From assembly GCA_038496445.1 (NCBI GenBank), contig JALMLS010000471.1, forward strand, positions 1 through 64,000: a DNA stretch of 64,000 nucleotides, written 5' to 3'. Of the stretch, positions 27,612 through 39,624 are shown piece by piece. The stretch's first letter is position 1. Each line of letters starts with the position of its first letter. This DNA is from Trichosphaerium sp. ATCC 40318 (lineage: Eukaryota; Protista; Tubulinea). The notes below the pieces were generated by a model. It searched no databases. It worked only from the letters and a program-made list of their open reading frames with translations, and was not told the origin of the DNA. A program made the position numbers and the translations under genes.

Positions 27612-29471
27612 ATGGGTGCCTGTGAAAGTAGAAGCCCTAAGGATAGGGAAATATCAAAAGCACTACACAAGGCAGGAAAGGAGCGTAAATACCATAAAGC
27701 AGTTCGCATTCTACTGCTTGGTGGCTCAGAATCCGGAAAGTCGACTATAGCCAAACAGATGCATATATTGTACAACGCAACGGATGCACACTATTCAGGG
27801 GAGGTATGTACCCGCTTCTGTGCATTCATGACGTCAAAGCACCAAAATAGCCATCTAAACTTTCTTATTCTTTCATCTGTCTTTCCCTTACCATCTGTTT
27901 CTAAAGGAAAGCGAATGTGTTCCTATATACATAGCGTTTGGTTATTGTCTTACAATGTTTTGTCGTCAAATTGGTGTAGAGGTACGTAACGAAGCAGTTT
28001 TTGTGATGAATTCATTTGCAAAACGCGCTAGTTTATTTCAATGTACACGCGCTGTTAAAATTGGATTCCTTTTGTTTTTTTTTTTTGTTGAGTTAGCCTT
28101 TTTTATTTTGCTCATCACGTGATTATAGGTGCCAAGAGAAATAACGATATGGATACGCAGTAATCAGATAAAGAAGCTGGCTAATTTTTTGGAGCCGCTA
28201 GTAGACGATTTGTCTGCCCTTGTAAACGAAACAAAGACCTTTTCAGGCGCTCACGACGCTACTTTTAAATAGTACGTTTACACATTCTCTTAATAGAACA
28301 AACTGACAGTTTCCAACGGTATTTTACAAAAAAAATCAGCGTCACGTGACGTAACACGTGGTAGATTTTTTTTTTATTATTTTGTCGGTTTCTTTTGTAT
28401 TTTCTGTTATCGGCTCGTATTTCTTAGATTTATATCTAACCGCTGTTATTTAGTTTATTAGAGCACAGAAAGCGTATTCTATCGAAGCGATATGTACCAA
28501 CGAACGAGGATATTTTAAGGATAAAACAAAGGACTACCGGGGTTTCCGAAATTAATGCGCACGTGGACGGCATGCAAATTGATATGGTAGACGTTGGTGG
28601 ACAAAAAGCAGAGAGACGAAAATGGATTCATTGCTTTGAGGGTGTTAATATTGTATTTTATGTTGTTGGGTTGGGCGATTGTATCCTTTTTCCTTCGTTG
28701 TTACTTTTTTTTTTCAGTTTTTTCGAAACCAATGTATTTTCTCCTTGACAAAAATGAGATGACTTGCGTTGTGATCAAAGGAATACTACTGCTTTACGCG
28801 AATCCCTTGAAGTTTTTAAGCAAGTGCTCTCCCTTCGGATGTTCGCAGATAAACCTCTGGTGATCTTGTACAACAAGAACGACTTGCTTAAAGAAAAAGC
28901 AACAAAAATTGATTTGCGCACGTGTTTCCCTGATTACAAAGGTAAGACTCGCTTGAGTTTGGATGACAGAAAGCTAAAAATATACTAGGTGGTCTCAAAT
29001 ACGAGAATGCCCTCAACTTTATAAAAGATAAATTCAGAAGCCTCATACCTCCAGATCGACCTTTTTCAGAACGAGAACTTTCTGCTATAGATTCTGGTAC
29101 GTATTTTCATTTTCTGAAAACTTATCGGAAAAATTGTGTTCCGAAATTTCTTCTTGAGCTGTTTTTTCTTGTTCTCAAGAATGTAATAGATAAATTTGTG
29201 GATATTTTCGATGATATACAGTCCACCGTTTTTAAAGCTATCCTTAGATAACTTTGTGGACATCTTTGATGATTTAAAGTCTCACACATTCACAACTATT
29301 GCGGGTTCTAAAAAGACACGCTCAAGAACAAAGACACGTCAACGATCAAGGACACGGACGGGTTCAAAACCAAGAGGTCGTAGAAGGAGAGCATCTTCAA
29401 TAGCAAAAGAAGGCGTTCGACGATTTAGTACAACCGACAAACCATCCAATTTTTCCAAACGAAGACATTAA
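27612..29471 (+). CDS. Atypical heterotrimeric G-protein alpha subunit with basic C-terminal extension
   Basis: MGAC acylation motif, LLLGGSESGKST, DILRIKQRTTG, DVGGQKAERRKWIHCFE, NKND, SAID. Includes a 75-nt exon at 27907-27981. Confidence 0.92.
28681..28758 (+). other. U12-type (minor spliceosome) GT-AG intron in the G-alpha gene
   Basis: 5' GTATCCTTTT; branch site CTCCTTGAC 9 nt before the end; GAG acceptor. Removal gives GDYDLRC...ALRESL, matching the G-alpha SEYD...RM.ESL segment. Confidence 0.88.
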
Positions 29472-29696
29472 ACAAACAAACAAAAAAAAAAAAAGGAATC
29501 CAAAAAATAAAGCCTGTACATAATACTTACTCCTAAAAACATTGTATGTTATGATAATACAACAAACGTTGACTCACATACGGAGAGTGCATAAAAAAAA
29601 ACTACAAAGTAAACTGCACAACTTTGGAAAAACGTTCAAGTTTATTCATGACTTATATTCGATTCGTCAGCGTTCGTTATTAGCTTCAGTTGTCAT

Positions 29697-31175
29697 TCAC
29701 TCTTGGAGTTTTGTTTCTAAGAGTGCGCGCATGGCATTGTTGCAAAGTGGGAGAATGTTGGTTGGTGGTTTAGTCTCCATTCTAAACTCCCAGCCTATTT
29801 CGGAAGTTACAGGCTATAAATAGATATTGGGTTTTCGTGCCTGCTCTCCCAAACAAAATAGCCTCATCCTTCTGCATGTCAAACATAGCTGTGGATGTAC
29901 CCATACCTAATCAATTAGTTACAACACACAATCAACCAATAAAAGTGAAAGAACGGACCAATATACTTCCCAAAAGGATTGATCTCAATCAGGTATACTT
30001 TGTTGTTTGGCAAGTCCATCGCAAAGTCAATCACCTTTTTTTTTCAATTCAATTAGCGTCCAGTACAGAATTACATTAAACGTACGTATGTCTTTTCCGT
30101 TAGAGGAACTTTATCCTTCAACGAATCAAAGAACTCTAAAAATAAATTATTGGTTTGATGCAAGGTTGGCGGTAAACCATACCAGTAACCATCTTCTCGA
30201 TTTTATCCTTGTCCTTGTGCAAGTGTTCAAAGTATGCAAAGTGATAGTATTGACACATGCAAGTAAGCTTGCCGTCAACTACGAACCCTCTGTACTCGTA
30301 TTCTATTGGAACATCAACAAACTCTCTCAGTACAATCTACACATTATCAATAAGTTGATTTAATGCTGCTAAATGAAGGGCTAATCAACTCACTTTCTGA
30401 GACCACTTGTCAGGGTGTTCGAATGCCAATGTTAAATCCTCATAAATGCGTTCTGAATTCAGAAGAGTGGCAAGGGCTTGTGTTCCTGATGTCATCATGA
30501 GGCCCTTAATATGCGCTGTAACACAGTTAATGGCTGTAACACATATAAACAAAGTTGTATACCTCTGTAAACAGCAATCAATTTTGTGTTTTCGTCATGT
30601 GTTTTTGCTGTTTTCATAATGTCCTTGTAAATCTAAAAACACTATTTCAACATTTGACCACGTGATGCACGTGACATACTTGTAATGTTTTTTCAGAGGT
30701 AAGTGTAGCGTCCTTTGGTGACCGAGAGCTTAGTTTGGCGAAGGCTTGCTTTGATGGGAAGTCTTGAACGACTTTGTCAACCCTAGACGCCAACGCTTTT
30801 AAAATTTGTGGCCAAGCTTCAACATCTTGTTTTCCGCTTTTAAGGTTTGCTTTATATTGCTCCATCTATATGGGTTTAGCGATTGAAGTTGTTTTAAGTA
30901 TTTTTACCATTGCTCTTCCTTCTGTAACGCTAAGATCAAGAAAAAGCGTCTTATATGTGAATTCTTGTAACGCATCATACCTTTCGGGTTGTTACAGAGA
31001 GTTTTATCTAAAATACGTACCAAAAGTCTAAATCAGCCTCTCTTACGCGATTATATATGACATCTAGCTGCCCAGCCAGCTTTTTATCGATGTCAGCTTG
31101 TTGTTTTAATGTCGGGCTTGTTTTTGGGACTGTTGCCTTTTTAAGCGTTATGTTCTTGAGATCACTTGCTTGCAT
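29697..31175 (-). CDS. CDC123-like (R2K clade) ATP-grasp protein with N-terminal WH2-like segment
   Basis: DLDFWYDALQEFTYKT, AFAKLSSRSPKDA, VIDFA..VYLIEINPF, AMFDMQKDEAILFGRAGWEFR. N-terminus MQASDLKNITLKKATVPKTSPTL. Confidence 0.78.
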
Positions 31176-31760
31176 TGTTATATAGTGTACTAAATGGTAT
31201 TTCGGTTTTATCCTAGCAAAACCATAGAGTAAATTTAGACTAAATTATTCGAAAAAACCAAATCTCTCGTTCACAGATCCTCGTTACAGCAAATCTCTTT
31301 TCGAATTTTCCTGACCCGTTTTGGTCAACCTTATTTATGCTTATATGCATGTACTACATTAATTTTATACCTTGGCAATGAGTTTTAAGGCGCTAAAAAA
31401 CTTAGTCAAGTATTTTTTGCAACATGTACTTCTCTCGACTTTGCTCTTCTTAATCAATTCTTAAATTAACCATGCGCAACGTTATATCGCACTACATACA
31501 CAGCCAAAGGATATTTAGTGTTTGGTGCTGTTAAAACTGGCAATAATTATTCCTTAAAAATCAGTAACCTAACTTCAAAAAAAATTGAATGTTTGAGTTA
31601 ATGATGTTTGGCTTTGAATTGTCTGTCACGTTGCATCTACTTCATCTACTGTGTGCGTTGTCTAAACCCAAACTCAAGTGCGTCAAAGTATACGATCGCA
31701 ACCATTGCAAAAAGAGGCGTAATGTGCAAAAAAAGGAAGAAACGTTTTAATATTAGCCCT

Positions 31761-32519
31761 TTACAAAATAGCACAACGTCTCCTTTCTTTTGGTTTTGGC
31801 GTGCTAGTAGGATCAGAAGATGATGTAAGTCCAGGGTTACGCTTTTTGTATATATCTCTAGCCAACTCTATAAAGGAGTGTACGACGTTTACACCTGTTT
31901 TAGCTGACGTTTCCCAAAATTTACATTTAAGATTTCTCCCCAGTTCGTGTCCATCTGCGTTTGGTACTACACGTGCGTCTTCAAGGTCTACTTTATTACC
32001 CGCTATAACTATTGGTACATCATCACTATCATTTGCTCTAAACAAAAATCACGTGTGGGTGTGACGCCATATTTTGATGTATGTATTGTAGTCATCCTTG
32101 TTAATCCTTTTTTTATTGCGTACCGTACGATAGCATCCCGAAACCTTGTAATTTCTGTAAAACTGTTCTGGTCGATAATAGAATAAACAAGAAGAAAGCC
32201 ATCACCATGTTTATAATACTACACAATAATAAAAATTAAAAAAAAAATGTTTTTTGGATTTTTTTGGTTAAAAAACGTGTTTAAAGTGTTACTCACGTGT
32301 TTTACGTACTTGGTCTCGAAGAAATGAGTACTCTTCTTGCCCTGCAGTATCTAAAATATCCAAAACTACTGGTGTTCCATCTAAATCTACTGTCTTTCGA
32401 TACGAATCTTCTACAGTTGGATCATAGCTTGTTATAAATTGCCGTTGTACAAATTGTATTGTTAATGCTGATTTACCCACTGCACCACCGCCTGCAACCA
32501 CTATCTTACATTCAGTCAT
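31761..32519 (-). CDS. Ras-family small GTPase with CaaX (CAIL)
   Basis: [45 protein letters not shown]. Confidence 0.95.
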
Positions 32520-32809
32520 AACAGAAGCGGTTTACTCCCAAAATAGAGGTGTTTTCATCAAGTCTCGAAAAGTTTAGTTTCCTTTTTTCTTCATGACCTC
32601 CTTAATACCTGAAAACAACTATAGTTCTTACGTATATACGCACTTGATACTAAAATAGCGATACCATAGAGTCATCAAGGGATTTAATGCTTTTCAAGTT
32701 GAGAAAAACGCACGTGTTGTTTGAACAAGTCAGTGCACAGTTTGTGTTTAAGTGTTACAACAGGTACTTCCTTTCATTCCACTTGTCCGCGGCTAGTTTT
32801 CTCAGTAAA

Positions 32810-35012
32810 ATGAACTATTACAACTGCACCTACTGCTGTACGTTTCTTGAGAATTACAAGAGAGCTTTTTCCGAATGACGCCACTAACATCACCAAATAG
32901 CTTTCATCGCTGTATTTTGCATCCTCATTACTCTAACGCCTCTTTGTAATGCACGGGTGACGACTTTGTTTGAGCACGTGTCTGTAAACGCCAGCGACAC
33001 TACAACGCTTGAGGCGTTCGGTGTGGATGCCACAGCGTCGCCACCAATGCTGTATTACCACACTATGTCCAGTCACGTATATTTCTGTTTTATTAAGCTA
33101 ATATTGTATGTAGGTTCTAGTTCGGGCGTAACAAGTCAGTTCGTGTTTGTTTCACGAACGTTGGGTGAAGGAAATGTTCAGGAGAAAACCCAAGTATTTT
33201 CAAGAGATGACGACCTCCTAACAAACCCCCAACGGGGTATTTCTTACATCCCGAATATCGACTCTTTTTCAGTTGTATCAGGTGGTGCGTTGTTTATCAT
33301 TGGAAATAGATTAAACTCCTCTGATCCGCGGGAGGTACACGTGATTTCCATTTGGGTTTTTTTTATTATAATTTTCAAGAATATCTGGTACAATGTTAGA
33401 ATAACTCCTTTTAACTAGTTATGGTATGTTAATAATGTACAACAAGTTAAGATAAACAGTGATGGTAGCTCCGTTACAAATTACGTGGTCCGTACAAGTT
33501 GATGCATCAAAAGGGAATTCAACTAAAATAAAAGTCTAGGTAAAAGAAAATACCCTTGTTTTTGTGGTAGCGGAGAGAAATGCGGAGTCCTCGCAAATAC
33601 TCACAGTGGACCTAACAAATCCGTCTAAATTAATATTCCTTCTTGATGGTCAATCTACAGCGAAGCAAAATGTGGTAGCGACAAGGAACTAGTACGCCAT
33701 AAAAAGTTGATTTATCCTTCTTACTAACTCTTTTTTTTTTTTCTACAGTTTTTATGTACTCAACATGGGATTCGAGTCACAACGCTTTTGGCTTGCTAGA
33801 TGGGAGGACCCAATGTTTTTTAATACTTGCAGTGGTCTTACATCAGAGGATATCTATTTAAAATCAATAGATTACGAAACAGATACTATGGTAGTAGTAA
33901 CAGATGTTCGAAGCTCAAGCAGTGTTTGGCTTATTTCCGGTGAAAAATGTAAATTCTTAAGGTCTTTTGGCGATAAAATCGACTTTGTCTCTATCAATGT
34001 CCATCAAGGCCAAACACGTGCAGCCTTTGGAACAAGTTCATTCTTACTTGAAGTCTCCGAGGAAGGAGAGCCATCACTACTATTCGTCGCAGGCAGCAAC
34101 GAGAACATTCAACAACTACACGTGCGTTTCCGTTTTTTTATTCTTTGTACTCACTTGTTTCATCAGGCTTTTAAAGGAGACTGGCTTGTCGCTACAAAAT
34201 CGACAACAGACGATGTAGTAACTTTAAGAGCCATTGGTGAAGAAGGGCCGAAAGCAATCATACCAGAGGCCTTTGGTGTTACAGTACAGATATCCAATGA
34301 CAAGAATTTTTTGGCTGTAGGATGGAGATCAAGAGAACATGCTGAGATCTTAGGTGGGTATGAAATAGATGACCTATGCTTACTCAAAGGAATGGACGCT
34401 TCTCCAATTGCCCAATTTGATGGCGCAGCACTACCAGTAATACCAAGATTTCAGAGTTCACTTTTATACGCCTCACTCGGTGAGAGTGTTGGAAGCTTTC
34501 CTTCAGTGGTACTTAATACAACTTAAGTCACTACTGTTTGTTAACAAAAGCAATAGGTGTCAACGAGTGTTATAGTTGGATTCGATGTCACTAACATCAC
34601 ATGTGATGAAGTGCCTTCCACTTTAGCTCCAACAGCGGTACCACCAACATCAGTACCACCAACAATCTCGCCTACAACATTAGCACCAAGTACTGTACCT
34701 CCAACTTTGCAACCGTCTACGTTACCTCCTACAACGATCGCCACTCCATCAGTGGCTTCATCTGGGTTGCAGCTGGATGCTGCTTGTATTACAATAGAAA
34801 TGGGACAGTGCCAGTACGTGTTTCTATTATTGTGTCTTTGGGTTGTTATTGGGTAAACCAGAAGGGCTAAAATAAATTTTAGTTGCAGTCGTACGCCATG
34901 CGTATGTGACAATACTTGCACTTGTGAGGTTATTCCTGGAGATTTTTTACTTTGTTTCCTTCTTGCTCCAGGGAAAAGCATAAATTATGGCGATCTCACG
35001 TGCTGTGGATAA
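32810..35012 (+). CDS. Secreted protein: beta-rich domain, Pro/Thr mucin-like linker, Cys-rich C-terminus
   Basis: Signal-peptide-like SFIAVFCILITLTPLCNA after the first intron; PTAVPPTSVPPTISPTTLAP repeats; C-terminal CSRTPCVCDNTCTC...CCG. Confidence 0.72.
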
Positions 35013-35540
35013 CAGGTCTGCCAAGTAAAACAAAAATCTTGTAAATAACAAAAATCTACCTGTATTTATTCAACAATAAAAACCAACTCGCTATTTGTTG
35101 ACTCGCTTGCGTCTAAAAACCTTGTTGGATTAAATACTAAATAAAGGGAGACTACTGAATTTCAAAAAAATCACGTGGCGAATAGGGTTTTGAGAGAAAG
35201 CGCTCCTTGGGTTTGTCCGCGAAGTAGTAACCCAATTGGTCGCCCACCTTTAAGTTGTAAAACGTTGCTTTTCATGTGAAGAAAAATATGGACTTTTTAG
35301 GTTTGTTTTATGATATCACTCGAGACTGAATACCACAACCTTTATTGATGTATTTCTGGTTTATTGGTACACTCAGATTCGAACCTAATTGTGAGCACTG
35401 TTTATTCAACGCCATCCTTTTGCGAATAATTTAAAGGTGTGTTGTGACTAGATTTTCGTGGAGAAAAAATAGGATGTATTGTTTGTACTTGGTGCTGTTA
35501 TCGCACAAAACAAGTAACTGTTATATATTTGAAAGCCAAG

Positions 35541-37380
35541 CTAGAATTCCACCGTCTTTAAATTCTGAAGCGCTGTGAGTTTTCCAATGCAATCACTAAA
35601 TGTTTGTCAACCAAAACCTGTCAATCAACAAAAATTGGAAAAAAAAACCCAAAAAAAAATATTGATCAAACATTCTAGCTAAGACATACGTGTTCTTGAC
35701 GCTTGTATTTCTCACATCGAGAGTGCGTAATAGTATTAATTTATTTATGCTATCTAGACCACCAGGTGTGACGTTACACCACTGTAGGTTCAAAAACTCT
35801 GAGAACATAAAAAGTAAGAAGAAAGGAAGAAAAACAACAATTGAATGTTGTGAGGTACCAAGGTTCGTTAAGCAAGTGAATTTAGCCAGTACCACATCAT
35901 CAACAGAATGCCATCCTGCTAGATCAAGCCACTTCAAATTCGTCAAGGATTCGAGAGCGCACAAGCCTTGAACAGTAATGACATCACTAATTTCATCGCT
36001 ATTTTCAATAGCTGATAGGTTCAGGTATTTCAAGTTTGTTAGGTATGCAAGGTATGCCAGGCAATGGTCAGTATTTATAGCATGTTCTTCCATCTTTAGC
36101 GATTGAAGATTTGTGAGTAAAGCAATGTAACTGATGCCCTAAACCGAAACGTCAACAAAACTTTCTCCCAATTTCTAATTTTTTTTTTATTTTACCTCTT
36201 CTCTCGTCGCTTGCCCGCAGTGCGACAAGTTCAACTCTGTAAGATTTGTGAGAGTAGTAATAAACTTGAGACCTGTAGATAGATAAAGTAAGAACACATA
36301 TTCACGTGATAAAAGCTCGACAGTACCTTTAGCTGTAATGGAACTCTCACGCAGATCCAATGACTAAAAAAATGAGATCAACGCTTCAAAAAAAACCCCG
36401 TGAACCGCGGTACCTTCAAACTTATAAATCCTGCTAGCTGTTTTATAGCGCTATCTGGAATATAACCTATTTTTGTAAGCTGCAAATCAAAAAAGCCGAA
36501 AAGTTTTTTCAATTTTTTGAACGTTTTTTTTTGTTGTTTTTCATTTGTTGCATTTTTAAACACGTACCAGGTAGTTTGAGACGCTCTAGTTTCACGAGAG
36601 AAGACAGCTCTAGCGTTAAGGAACGTTTTCATTGAGGTAAAACTGGATTTAAAAAAAATAGGATACATATTCGACTCCTCTCTTTGAAACTTGATTACAG
36701 TGTCTTAATTTTAGCGTGCGAAGATTTGTTAATTGTGCAACAAACTCCAGAGACTTGTTGGTTACTTTTGAGCACCATGAAAGGTTTAGCAATCTCAAAC
36801 TTTGAAATGAGGTTAAATGTCTCAAACCCTAAAATAATGTCACTTTAAGCGATGAGGTGGTTACTGCTGAGCGCTCCAGCGGTTTTTGGCGAAGCTGTCA
36901 AAAAAAAAAAACTAAAAGCGTTGAAAAGTTGCCAAAGATGTTGGAAGCGCTAGTTTATACGTACCTTGTTCGTTATGGTCTTTTTAGCAAGGTTCAAGTC
37001 AGTTAGCCTTGAGTACTGAGATAGGTTTATGAGCACAGAATCGTTTACTTTTATGTTTGAGAGGTCAATGTACGCAAGTGAAGAACGTATAATATACTTC
37101 CATCTTTAAAATCATGATCAGCATTCTGAGTGTCATAAAACGAAAAGTAGTGCGTCGTACAGCGTGCAGGTCTCACTACATCGTATTTGGTCGGCAAGGC
37201 AGAGAAATGATGATATTAACGCTACAATCTCGCTGGGTAACGACGCGAACGCTAGAACGTTAACGGAGAAGCTACGTGAATAAAAGACGTTATACCAGAT
37301 ACTTGATGAATTCTAAAACGATGCTGCAATGACTCGGGGATGCCATTGAACCAAAAAGCGTCTATTACAGGCGAGGCCAT
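35541..37380 (-). CDS. F-box / leucine-rich-repeat protein (multi-exon)
   Basis: FASLPSEIVALISSFL (F-box) and repeated LTNLxxLxLxxCxxVT LRRs. Confidence 0.88.
36608..36666 (-). other. U12-type GT-AG intron in the F-box/LRR gene
   Basis: Minus strand 5' GTATCCTATTT; perfect branch site TTCCTTAAC, then GCTAGAG. Removal joins RGVEY to LSSLVKLERL in frame. Confidence 0.88.
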
Positions 37381-37622
37381 GGCTGTTGTTGTGCTATTTA
37401 TGCGCTTGAGTTTAAGCCGATATTAGTTTATGACACTTTAGTATTGTGCAGATGACTACAGTTTCCGTACATGTACAACGTCACATTTGAAGACAATGTG
37501 ATTAAGTCTTCAAAAAAAAACCAATGCGATACTGCGTAACTGTAATACGTAATAGAAGAGGAGCCTTTGTTTGATAACGAAGCGTTGATTGCTTTTATTA
37601 ACATCAAACCAAACGCATCTTC

Positions 37623-39554
37623 ATGTCAAGGAAAAGAAGCGCGTCCTTTAATAAAGGGAATAAGAATCAAAAAAAGAAACAAAAAACGGAGCATAACCCA
37701 ATGCAAGTCCCAATGGAAGACGGTTACAAAATAGTACAGGAAGGAAAAGTAGAAATTCTCATGGTAGACGATAAGCATACGCCTGAGAAGACAGTACGTA
37801 GAGTTGTTGGCGCCTACCTTCGATACCTTGTAAAATCTTCGACAATTGTCTGTTTTTGTTCACACGTTGCTGCTGAGGCTAACAAAAGTAGATTGGGTAC
37901 TACAGCCGCCAAATGGAAAGTAACCGAAACTTGACAACTTTGTTACTACAAACGTGCCACAAACCAGGCTGGGAGGTACAATACAACATTGCGACATCAT
38001 TTAACTACTTTTTGAAGGTTTTAGATGCGTTTGCTTCAACAGGCGTTACAGGCATTAGATGGACCAAGGAAGTATCCTCCAAAGGCGATCCCATCAAAGT
38101 AACAGCAAATGACATTGATGGCTCGTACGTTTTTTTTCAGATTATCAGCTTTCCACCTCTAACGCGCTGTACAGCGTAGTAGAGCTAATAAAGAAAAATA
38201 TTACTAGAAACAAAGTAAACGTACGTAAAAATCCCTTCTACCATTAGAGTCTGCTTGTTTCACTATCTTTACACATATTAGATTGAGGTGACGCAAAAGG
38301 ATGCCAGTATACTAATGTTAGAGCGGTCGTGGGACTATATTCGTATCCTCTTTTTTTATTAGTTTATTCTGAGTATATTTTCACTCTTTTTTTTCCATGA
38401 CTGACGCTAAGAACTCGATCCATATGGCTCTCCGTGTAATTACATGGAAAATGCTTTTCGGAATCTACGAAATGGCGGTATTTTAGGCCTTACATGCACA
38501 GATATAGTACAATTTCTTTAAATTCTTTGTTGACTATGAAGACTAACACATAAATAGTCTGCTGTTTGCGGTATGTACCCCAATGTTGCCTTGAGACATT
38601 ACGGAGGGCTGACTTGTAGGACTGTTGTATTTTATAAAGAACTAGGTAAAAAATATCTCAACGGTTTTTTTGTCAATTTTTTACCTACTTTTCGTCAACT
38701 GCTAAAAAACCTTCTAGGTGCCCGTGTCGTTATTGCTGCTGCAGCCCGAGCTGCTGCGCGATGTAGTAAAGGCATTCGCGTACTCACATGTATGTACAAG
38801 TACGTGTAAACCAACGTTAGCGGTAACAATCAAATTAAGGAGCTGCTTATAGGGACCATTACCTTGTAATCGCTTTACAAGTAGTGCGTGGTTGCAAACC
38901 AGCAGATCAATGCCTATCACGAGTTAAGCCTGTTTACTATGCGCCAACAGCAAAGCGTTACTCTTTCGACAGAACTAAGTGTAGTTTAGAGAACCCTGGC
39001 TCAAATGTACGTTTTTTTTGTTGAAAATTGATTGTAATCTCGTTGTAGATAATGGAGTTGGGTCCTGTTTGGACAGGTCCTATTTTCGATAGTGAGATTA
39101 TGGAAAAGGTTCACAGTGAAGCTTTAAAACGTGAGAATATGAAGAATAACAAACCGTTTATGCGGATACTTGGGGTACGCTTTTCTGATTATAAGTCGCT
39201 AACGAGGTCGTGTCTTACTTCTATATTTGATTTAGCTCATTGTTGAAGAGTCTAAGCTTAATATACCGTTTTACTGGAGCCTTGAAATGTTTGGGATTGC
39301 TGATTTGCCTAAAATGTCTCGTGTGAGTGCTATGTTCCACAAGGCTGGGTACAAATGCAGTAGAACTCATTTTGGATCAACATCGTTAAGGTTCGCGTAG
39401 ATGACAATAGAAAAAAATAAAAACTCTAAACGCTCTGTGTAGGACTGATGCGCCTGCTAATAAGATTATTGCTCTATTAACACACAAGGAATCAGCAGAA
39501 GGCAAGGAAAACGACATAGAATCTCTGGCACTGTCGTGTGGTCTTATCAAGTAG
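37623..39554 (+). CDS. TRMT1L: TRMT1-like tRNA (guanine-N2,N2)-dimethyltransferase, TRMT1L type
   Basis: VLDAFASTGVTGIRWTKE, ANDID, LDPYGSPCNYMENAFRNLRNGG, ALRHYG..FYKELGARVVIAAAARAAARCSKGI, ELGPVWTGPIF. The AAARCxKGI block is recalled as TRMT1L-type rather than TRM1. Confidence 0.82.
38343..38411 (+). other. Probable U12-type GT-AG intron in TRMT1L
   Basis: 5' GTATCCTCTTT; branch-like TTCCATGAC 10 nt before the end; AAG acceptor. Removal gives WDYIQLDPYGS. Confidence 0.75.
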
Positions 39555-39624
39555 AGCTACACTAACCAAGGCTCATTTTATTCTTTGTACTATAACTCTA
39601 ACAAGAATCGTTTTATTTTGATGT

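Noticed and set aside
27804-28128. Apparent large deletion of the G-alpha helical domain, or a 2-nt microexon at 27980
   Set aside because: An in-frame 75-nt exon (27907-27981, ESECVPIYIAFGYCLTMFCRQIGVE) restores near-normal length.
35370-35392. GGTTCGAATC B-box-like motif on the minus strand suggesting a tRNA
   Set aside because: The flanks do not form T-stem, acceptor or anticodon arms.
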